Assembly: GCA_018239715.1 (NCBI GenBank)
Contig: JAFEGW010000001.1
Coordinates: 109,684-173,683, forward strand
DNA: 64,000 bases
Direction of reading: 5' to 3'
Source of the DNA: Verrucomicrobiota bacterium
GTDB taxonomy: Bacteria > Chlamydiota > Chlamydiia > Chlamydiales > Rhabdochlamydiaceae
Under the pieces are notes generated by a model, which was not told where the DNA came from, ran no database searches, and was given only the letters and a program-made list of their open reading frames with translations. This document shows positions 57,268 to 64,000 of the stretch, one piece after another. Positions within the stretch are counted from its first letter, which is position 1; every line of letters begins with the position of its first letter. A program made the position numbers and the translations under genes.

Positions 57268-57696
57268 TTAGTAAGACTTTTCTTGGGGCCGGCCTTTACC
57301 GAACGCTACCTCTCCCCCAAAATGGGCGGTGATCGAGACAAGGGTGACACTGATGAGGCTCAAAATGACAAGCAACACTTTGGAAACTTTTTTCTTTCTA
57401 GAGACTAAAAGTAGACGGAAAGCCCCATGAAATAGAGCAAAAACCAGGGTTGCCAAAGCAAAGTTCCGATGCAGGAGAATATAGGGATTTCCCACAAAGT
57501 CTTCGGCCCGGTCAAGGCCCGTGATCACGGTCGGGATCGTCAAGAGCGCAGCAACAATCACGATCCAGTGGCCTGCAGGATAGACATGGACCTTCCAAAC
57601 AGCCCCTAAAAGGTCATAGACCAAAGCTGTCCAGAAGAGGACGATGGGAAAATGCAAAAGAATGACATGAAGCTGTCCTAGATCAAAGTCTGCCAT
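57268..57696 (-). CDS. DUF2231-like membrane protein
   Basis: 142 aa with four TM segments. The N-terminal LHVILLHFPIVLF pattern is present. Confidence 0.55.
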   Translation of the reverse strand: MADFDLGQLHVILLHFPIVLFWTALVYDLLGAVWKVHVYPAGHWIVIVAALLTIPTVITGLDRAEDFVGNPYILLHRNFALATLVFALFHGAFRLLLVSRKKKVSKVLLVILSLISVTLVSITAHFGGEVAFGKGRPQEKSY

Positions 57697-57777
57697 ATCC
57701 CCTGTTTAATCGGTGAAAAGCAAAATGTAAATGTTTTCTTTAATTGCCTCTTTACTCAACTTCTTTATACTAGGAAT

Positions 57778-59940
57778 GTGGAAGAGATTTTTGGCTACGT
57801 TGAGAATATTGTCTTTGCAGGGGAAAGTTTTACAGTTGCCCGTTTGAAAGAACCGCGCAAGCAAGAGCTGACCTGCATCGTCGGTCCTCTTCCTTCTTTG
57901 CAGCCTGGCGAGACCATCCGGTGCCTCGGAGAGTGGAAACACCATCCGCAGTACGGAAGGCAGTTCGTTGTTCAAGAGTTCGAATCGAAAGAACCCTCCG
58001 ATCTCCTGGGCATTCAAAAATACCTAGAATCAGGCCTCATTAAAGGGATCGGCCCCACCTACGCCGAAAGAATCGTCAACCATTTCGGCATCGATACACT
58101 TAAAATTATCGATGCAGATCCCGACAGGCTCTCAGAAATCCCCGGGATTGGTCCTAAGCGGATCGACATGATCAAATCTTGCTGGCATGAGCAAAAAGGG
58201 ATCCGCGAAGTGATGGTCTTTTTGCAAGCCCATGGCATCACGACGGGCTTTGCGCAAAAAATCTTCAAAGCCTATGGCGAGCAAAGCATCCAAAAAGTCA
58301 AAGAAGACCCTTTTGCCCTCGCTCGTGATATTGGAGGCATTGGGTTTAAGATTGCCGATCAGATTGCCCAGAAGATCGGCATTCCTCCCTCCTCAGCAAC
58401 AAGGATCCAGGCCGGTATCGAACATATGCTTTGGGAGCTGTCGGAAGACGGCCACACTTGTTTCCCTGAGGCAGATCTGAAGGTCGCCACCGCTGGTATG
58501 CTGCGAGTGGAAGAAGATCTAGTGCATGAGAATATCCAGACCAGCGTCCGCGATGGAGGGCTGATCCGAGACCGCGACTTGATCTGGCTCAAACCGTTTT
58601 ATCATGCAGAAGTCGGCATTACCCGGGAGCTCAGAAGGCTTCAAATGGCCCCCGGCAACCTGCGGCAGGTCCATGTTGAAAAAGCTCTTCAATGGGTCGA
58701 AGAAAAGCTCAAGCTCGAATTTGCTCCTGAGCAAAAAATGGCAATCGCCCAATCCGTTCAAGAGAAATTCCATATCATCACGGGAGGCCCCGGAACAGGT
58801 AAAAGTACGATCACCCGGGCGATTTTAAAAATTTCAGAAAAACTCACCGATCATATTTTGATGGCAGCTCCGACAGGGCGCGCAGCCAAGCGGATGACCG
58901 AGATCACCGGCAAAAAAGCTTCGACGATCCATAGCATGCTCGAGATGGATTTTGTGAGCGGCGGCTTTAAACGGAATAAAGAAAATCCTCTCAAATGCGA
59001 CCTTCTCATCATTGATGAAGCCAGCATGATCGATACTCTGCTCTTCTATCAGCTCCTCAAAGCCATCCCCTCTTCGGCCCGTGTCATCCTCATCGGCGAT
59101 ATCGATCAGCTTCCGAGTGTCGGGGCCGGCAACGTCCTCAAAGATCTCCTCTCTTCAGAAACCCTCGGATTCACAAGGCTCACGCAGATCTACCGACAAG
59201 CTTCCCACTCGAAAATCGTGACCAATGCCCACCGGATCAATCGTGGAGAATTCCCTGAATTTTTAGGTGGGTCCGATTTTAAGTTTGTCGAAAATGACAC
59301 TCAGGAAGAAATCTTAGCCACGATTATCGATCTGGTCACCAAACGGCTACCGGAAAAGTTCCGGTTCCACAAATTTGAAGATATCCAAGTGCTCTCCCCC
59401 ATGAAGCGGGGCCTCATTGGGTGCGAAAATCTCAACGTGGTTCTCCAAAAAGAGCTCAACCCCAGCATCGCTCCTCTCTGCCGCATGGGCAGGACATTCC
59501 ATGTGGGCGATAAAGTCATGCAGATCCGCAACGACTACGAAAAGCTCATCTTCAATGGAGACGTAGGAACCATCCTATCCATCGATCTCTCTTCTCAAAT
59601 GCTCACGGTGCGGTTTGAAGACCGGCGCATCGAGTATAACTTTTCCGAGATTGATGATTTAGTTCTCGCCTACGCGGTTTCCATCCACAAGTATCAAGGG
59701 AGCGAATGTCCCTGCATTATCATTCCGCTCCACATGAGCCATTTTAAAATGCTTCACCGGAACCTGCTCTACACCGGTATCACTCGGGGGAAAAAATTGG
59801 TGATTTTAGTCGGGACCAAACAGGCCATCAGCATGGCTGTCCGCAATGACGAAGTGAAAAAGCGGTTCACAGGCCTCATGGAAACTTTAAAGCAAACAGT
59901 GCAATCTGCTGATTTGTTCCGAGAATGCGAAATAAAATGA
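57778..59940 (+). CDS. recD: RecD2-like SF1 DNA helicase
   Basis: 720 aa. HhH region, Walker A GGPGTGKST, Walker B LIIDEASM, and motifs DQLPSVG, IHKYQGSE and YTGITRGK. GTG start. Confidence 0.88.
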   Translation: MEEIFGYVENIVFAGESFTVARLKEPRKQELTCIVGPLPSLQPGETIRCLGEWKHHPQYGRQFVVQEFESKEPSDLLGIQKYLESGLIKGIGPTYAERIVNHFGIDTLKIIDADPDRLSEIPGIGPKRIDMIKSCWHEQKGIREVMVFLQAHGITTGFAQKIFKAYGEQSIQKVKEDPFALARDIGGIGFKIADQIAQKIGIPPSSATRIQAGIEHMLWELSEDGHTCFPEADLKVATAGMLRVEEDLVHENIQTSVRDGGLIRDRDLIWLKPFYHAEVGITRELRRLQMAPGNLRQVHVEKALQWVEEKLKLEFAPEQKMAIAQSVQEKFHIITGGPGTGKSTITRAILKISEKLTDHILMAAPTGRAAKRMTEITGKKASTIHSMLEMDFVSGGFKRNKENPLKCDLLIIDEASMIDTLLFYQLLKAIPSSARVILIGDIDQLPSVGAGNVLKDLLSSETLGFTRLTQIYRQASHSKIVTNAHRINRGEFPEFLGGSDFKFVENDTQEEILATIIDLVTKRLPEKFRFHKFEDIQVLSPMKRGLIGCENLNVVLQKELNPSIAPLCRMGRTFHVGDKVMQIRNDYEKLIFNGDVGTILSIDLSSQMLTVRFEDRRIEYNFSEIDDLVLAYAVSIHKYQGSECPCIIIPLHMSHFKMLHRNLLYTGITRGKKLVILVGTKQAISMAVRNDEVKKRFTGLMETLKQTVQSADLFRECEIK

Positions 59941-60915
59941 CTACCAGCCTATCCTGCCTGCTCTTCCTTCATGGAGCGGCGCAGTTGGCTGTTTGGGAAT
60001 GGGAACAGGGGCACGAGAGTCTTTCAGCAAATCCACGCAATCGAAATCTACAGCTCCTCCATTTCCATCCCGACGATAATTTTTTGGCTGGGCAGTATAA
60101 CAGGAAACCTTGCCTTCACCCTCGATGTTCACGTAAAGATCATCGAGAACCCCTATCGAAACTTCTCCCTTCCCTTCTATCTTTACTTCGGATGCCTTTG
60201 CTTTAGACCAAGCTTGAAAACCGCCCTGTCCTTTAATGTGTATTTTTTGTCTTTCTCTAATAGTGTTTTTATCACCATCCAAAACACCAGAATTACCTTC
60301 AATAGTACACTCCAGTTGTGGACATTCAAATCCATTGAGAATAGCTTTCCCTCCGTTCTTAACGGCTACATTAAATTGTTGGGCCTTTGGAATAATGACA
60401 GTGATTAAAATACCTTGTGCAGTTTCAAAAGCACTTCTAGGTTTAACATCTAAGAGAAGCGTATTATTGACGTGCTGATGTTCTATCAGAGGAAGAATTG
60501 ATTGATCTGCATCAATGTGCAGCTGGGGCAACTTTTCCTTTCCATCCATGATAACAACTGTAGCTGGAAAATTGAGCCGCACAGAAAAAGTAGAGTAAGG
60601 AAGGGAAAAATTTTGTGTAGCATTTTCCCCAGAGTCCATTGTCGGTAGAAGAAAGAGACGTGTATTAGAATACCTCGTTGCTAAACCTTTTTTCTCTATA
60701 TGAACTGTATGTAGTAAATGTTTAAAGCGGATCCAGGCCATCAGAGCGAGACAAGCTCCTGCAATCGAACCCCAAAAATACGGCTGTTTTATCGCACGAC
60801 TTAGACCATAAGTGATGTTAAAAACCTGTTTTCCGCACCATTTTCCCATTTGAAAGCCAATATCATGCGCTCGATCACTAGAGATAGACGGGAGGATTGC
60901 AGATAACGTGCTCAT
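59941..60915 (-). CDS. DUF2807/GIN-domain-like membrane-anchored protein (paralog B)
   Basis: ATG at 60915 with AGGAG upstream. TM anchor, PRSAFET motif and beta-helix-like repeats that parallel 45473-46411. Confidence 0.6.
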   Translation of the reverse strand: MSTLSAILPSISSDRAHDIGFQMGKWCGKQVFNITYGLSRAIKQPYFWGSIAGACLALMAWIRFKHLLHTVHIEKKGLATRYSNTRLFLLPTMDSGENATQNFSLPYSTFSVRLNFPATVVIMDGKEKLPQLHIDADQSILPLIEHQHVNNTLLLDVKPRSAFETAQGILITVIIPKAQQFNVAVKNGGKAILNGFECPQLECTIEGNSGVLDGDKNTIRERQKIHIKGQGGFQAWSKAKASEVKIEGKGEVSIGVLDDLYVNIEGEGKVSCYTAQPKNYRRDGNGGAVDFDCVDLLKDSRAPVPIPKQPTAPLHEGRAGRIGW

Positions 60916-60990
60916 TAAAAATCTCCTCTTACGATGGGCACTATTATACCGTGGGGACAATAGAAGGCAATTTCAGCTAAAGCTCTATTT

Positions 60991-62691
60991 CTAAGAGCTT
61001 TGCATAAGGGATTTGAGTTTGTTTTCTTGCTCGGCGATGACAGTATCTTCTACACGCTTGAACAAGACTTGAGGCTCGGGCAGAGCTCTTCCTTCAGGGA
61101 TATCTTGGGAAAGGACATGATTCCAGTTTTCACAGGAAAGCGTGGAGGTATATCCTAACATTTCCCAGAGCTTTTGGGCGGCTTCAGGGATGATCGGAGA
61201 AGAGACGACGGCTAGGGTCTTTAAGCATTCGAGGCAGCAATAGAGAGTCGCTTCCATTTGTGGATAAGTTTCAGGAGCTTTGGCTAAGGACCAAGGCTTT
61301 CTCTCGTCAAAATAGACATTTCCTGCTTGAGCGATATGCATGATGAGCTGGGAGGCGCGGCGCAAGCTAAATTGCTGGTATGCATCAGCGGTTTCAGCGG
61401 CAAGATCGGTGAGTTGTTTTAAGAAGGCGCGGTCGGAGTCAGAGAGCTGTTTTTTAGGAACTTTGCCTTGCGCTTTGTTACGGATGAAAACGAGGACGCG
61501 GTTGGCGAGGTTACCATATTTACCGAGGAGCTCGGAGTTGCAGCGGGTTTGGAAATCTTTCCAGGTGAACTCAGAATCTTGGTTCTCAGGGGCGTTAGCA
61601 GCCAGGGTATAGCGGATTTGATCAGCAGTGAAGTTATTGAAAAACTCAACTAGATCGATGGTCCATCCGTCGGATTTGCTGAACTGTCGTCCTTCGAGGT
61701 TGAGGAACTCATTCGCAGGAAGCTGATCGACTTTTTTGTACGGCTGATTTTGCCCCATTTCCATAGCAGGGAAAAAGACAGCATGGAACGGGATATTGTC
61801 TTTGCCGATGAACTGGACGTAGGTGGTTTGAGGGTCGAGCCAGAAATTTTCCCAGGCTTGGGGGTTGCCTTGGAGCTCGGCCCATTCTTTGGTCGCAGAG
61901 ATATAGCCAATGGGAGCATCGAACCAGACGTAGAGAACTTTCCCTTCAGTGCCAGGAAGAGGAATGGGAACTCCCCAATCGCCGTCACGGGTGATGGCAC
62001 GGGGTTTTAAATCATCGATGTAAGATTGTGCAAAATTCCGGACATTGGCTTTCCAATTTTTTTCGGCCATCCACTTTGTCAGCTGCTCTTTGAAGTGATC
62101 AAATAATAAGAACCAATGCTTAGTTGCTTTGAGGATGAGAGGAGCGTTCGTGAGTTTAGAGCGGGGATTTTTTAAGTCGGTGGCTTCGTAGCTGGAGCCG
62201 CACCTTTGGCATTCGTCACCACGGGCTTCGGTAAAGCCGCACTTGGGGCAGGTGCCGATGACATACCGGTCGGCTAAAAATCGGTTGTCTTGGGGTGAAT
62301 AGAGCTGATCGGTGACCCTTTCTTCAATATGGCCATTCTCCAAAAGATCTAAGAAAAACTGCTGCACGGTGGGAACATGCCCTTCCCACGTGGTGCGCGA
62401 GTAATGATCAAAAGAGAAATTCAATTGATTGAAGAGATCCTTATTGATGACATGAAAAAGATCGACATGCTCTTGAGGGGTGCGCCCTGCAAGGTCAGCA
62501 CTTAGGGTGATGGCAATTCCATACTCATCCGATCCGCAAATATAAAGGACATCATGGCCTTGCAGCCTTTCAAAGCGGGCGTAGCAATCGGCAGGCAGGT
62601 AAGCGCCGGCGATATGTCCAAAATGGAGCTGCCCGTTGGCGTAAGGCAGCGCGGAGGTAATGAGAACCTTCTTAGGGTGCGGATTCTTCAT
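60991..62691 (-). CDS. metG: Methionyl-tRNA synthetase
   Basis: ATG at 62691 (MKNPHPKKVLITSALPYANGQLHFGH). Zinc knuckles CPKCG..CQRCG and a KMSKS-type motif QFSKS. Confidence 0.92.
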   Translation of the reverse strand: MKNPHPKKVLITSALPYANGQLHFGHIAGAYLPADCYARFERLQGHDVLYICGSDEYGIAITLSADLAGRTPQEHVDLFHVINKDLFNQLNFSFDHYSRTTWEGHVPTVQQFFLDLLENGHIEERVTDQLYSPQDNRFLADRYVIGTCPKCGFTEARGDECQRCGSSYEATDLKNPRSKLTNAPLILKATKHWFLLFDHFKEQLTKWMAEKNWKANVRNFAQSYIDDLKPRAITRDGDWGVPIPLPGTEGKVLYVWFDAPIGYISATKEWAELQGNPQAWENFWLDPQTTYVQFIGKDNIPFHAVFFPAMEMGQNQPYKKVDQLPANEFLNLEGRQFSKSDGWTIDLVEFFNNFTADQIRYTLAANAPENQDSEFTWKDFQTRCNSELLGKYGNLANRVLVFIRNKAQGKVPKKQLSDSDRAFLKQLTDLAAETADAYQQFSLRRASQLIMHIAQAGNVYFDERKPWSLAKAPETYPQMEATLYCCLECLKTLAVVSSPIIPEAAQKLWEMLGYTSTLSCENWNHVLSQDIPEGRALPEPQVLFKRVEDTVIAEQENKLKSLMQSS

Positions 62692-62914
62692 GTGGATTGT
62701 CTTCGCTTTCGGCTTTTTCGATGGCTGCGAGTTGCTCAGGAGTATAGAGAGACGGATTCTTTTGGATCTCTTTGAGCAGTTGCGGGATGTCAACTTCATG
62801 TCCTGCTTTGATCAAATAGCGCGCCACGTTAATGGTGAACAAGGCGAGTTCAAAATTGTCATGGAAATGCTTTTTCAGCGCTTCGTTGGTCAACGTTTCT
62901 TTGTTGTTTATCAT
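62672..62914 (-). CDS. rpoZ: Probable RNA polymerase omega subunit
   Basis: 80 aa. The NFELALFTINVARYL helix resembles the omega core (RFELVLLAAKRARQL). Its position between gmk and metG matches the gmk-rpoZ linkage. ATGA overlap with the gmk stop. Confidence 0.55.
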   Translation of the reverse strand: MINNKETLTNEALKKHFHDNFELALFTINVARYLIKAGHEVDIPQLLKEIQKNPSLYTPEQLAAIEKAESEDNPHEESAP

Positions 62915-63558
62915 ATTGTTCTCCTAACTTTGTGTTCTTCGGCGATGAAGATGCTTTTTAAAATGGTATAGGCTGTTTCGAGATGATCATTGACGATGTG
63001 ATAATCATAGTGAGGCACCATCTCGAGCTCATGGCGGGCCCAAACAAGTCTTTCTTCAATCGACTGAGAAGTTTCTGTTTTTCTTTTTTTTAGCCTCTCT
63101 TTCAACTCAGCAAGAGATGGAGGGCTGATAAAAATAAAAACGGCGGGGAGGTTATTCTTAAACCGTTTTTGTAATTGGAGGGCTCCTTGTGTATCGATGA
63201 CGAGCACCACGTGTTTTCCTTTGGCAAGCTGAGACTTCACTAACTCTTCGGAAGTTCCGTAGCTATCGCCAAAAACTTCGGCGTGCTCGATGAAATTTCC
63301 GTGCTTAATCTTGGCATCAAACGCAGCCTTCGTCATAAAGAGATAATCGATGCCTTCCTGTTCTCCAGGACGTGGCGCACGTGTCGTGCATGAAATACTC
63401 CGGACGATGGAAGGAAACTCTTTTGTGAGCATATTGACAAGCGTCGTCTTCCCCGTGCCTGAAGGGGCGCTAATCACAAAGATCATTCCTTGGGATGTAT
63501 TGCCTAAAAGTTGATTACTCAATGTTCTGCACCTGTTCTCGAATTTTTTCAACTTCAC
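62911..63558 (-). CDS. gmk: Guanylate kinase
   Basis: P-loop SAPSGTGKTT, with the TTRAPRPGE and YLF motifs. The start is uncertain: GTG 63558, TTG 63522 (overlapping the yicC stop) or ATG 63486. Confidence 0.88.
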   Translation of the reverse strand: MKLKKFENRCRTLSNQLLGNTSQGMIFVISAPSGTGKTTLVNMLTKEFPSIVRSISCTTRAPRPGEQEGIDYLFMTKAAFDAKIKHGNFIEHAEVFGDSYGTSEELVKSQLAKGKHVVLVIDTQGALQLQKRFKNNLPAVFIFISPPSLAELKERLKKRKTETSQSIEERLVWARHELEMVPHYDYHIVNDHLETAYTILKSIFIAEEHKVRRTI

Positions 63559-64000
63559 TCTTTATCACAATCGCGATCTTAGAGATATCATTATCTCCAG
63601 CCTTGGCCATCAAGGTCCCGATTTCCCGTCCCATTTCTTGAGCTAAAAAATCGAGAGTACGCCCGACGCTTTTTTCTTTCGAGCCGAGATATTCTCGCAT
63701 TTGCCCTAAATGAGAATGAAGCCTCGTGATCTCTTCAGAAATTTCGGCCTTGTCGGCTAAAAGGGCGGCTTCGCGGAGCAGTCTTTCTTCGTCGATGTCG
63801 ATTTTGATCTCTTTCATTCTTTCTTGAAGTTTTTTTCGGTACCGGTCGAGGAGCATGGGCTGCAATTTAGAGACCTTTTGTAATTCTTTTTCGATGTGCT
63901 CCATCCGCTTTTCGATATCGTGGACGAGGGTCTTACCCTCGCTTTCTTTCATGGCCATCCAATTCTTGCTGGCGGTCTCCCACGCTTTTTGCAGGTCGGC
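63515..64000 (-). CDS. yicC: YicC-family protein, C-terminal part (the 5' end lies outside the window)
   Basis: EISEEITRLHSHL...GRTLDFLAQEMGREIGTL..K is the conserved YicC C-terminal domain. The frame stays open to the window edge. Confidence 0.8.
   Translation of the reverse strand, partial: ADLQKAWETASKNWMAMKESEGKTLVHDIEKRMEHIEKELQKVSKLQPMLLDRYRKKLQERMKEIKIDIDEERLLREAALLADKAEISEEITRLHSHLGQMREYLGSKEKSVGRTLDFLAQEMGREIGTLMAKAGDNDISKIAIVIKSEVEKIREQVQNIE

Overview
The window looks like a chromosomal segment from a member of the Chlamydiae, most likely an amoeba-associated (environmental) lineage. Three things support this. (1) Gene order matches what I recall for Chlamydia: yicC-gmk-rpoZ-metG next to recD, pepF-groES-groEL with a CIRCE operator, msbA-accA, ihfA, and pdhABC. 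(2) Chlamydial hallmark genes are present: a Pmp-like autotransporter, a stand-alone SWIB-domain protein, an ArtJ-type amino-acid ABC system, an orphan HPr, and porin-like beta-barrels ending in Phe. (3) There are many small two-TM (Inc-like) and eukaryote-like repeat proteins (LRR, Sel1, TPR, U-box-like). About 70 CDS, one tRNA-Asn(GTT), one CIRCE element, several hairpin terminators and a few intergenic inverted-repeat arrays can be supported. I saw no rRNA, CRISPR array, transposase, integrase or prophage genes. The housekeeping blocks are pdhABC, msbA/accA, tyrS, rpiA, the amino-acid ABC system, pepF, groESL, msrB, polX, prfC, recD, metG, gmk and yicC. Lineage-specific accessory genes sit between these blocks. 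The most interesting candidates are: a U-box-like domain fused to a polytopic membrane domain (31675-33156); a 941-aa Inc-like coiled-coil protein with three internal modules, followed by a TPR-like protein, a secreted NucA nuclease and a membrane-anchored kinase-like protein (39811-45369); a divergent pair of membrane-tethered histidine phosphatase and P-loop kinase next to a patatin lipase (52640-55486); a four-copy palindromic 11-mer array (30735-30807); and three orphan genes behind tRNA-Asn (55631-57070). Genome packing is unusual: 11 of 14 convergent gene junctions have a gap of 4 nt or less, or overlap by up to 41 nt. All functional calls come from reading motifs in the translations. 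No database search was run.
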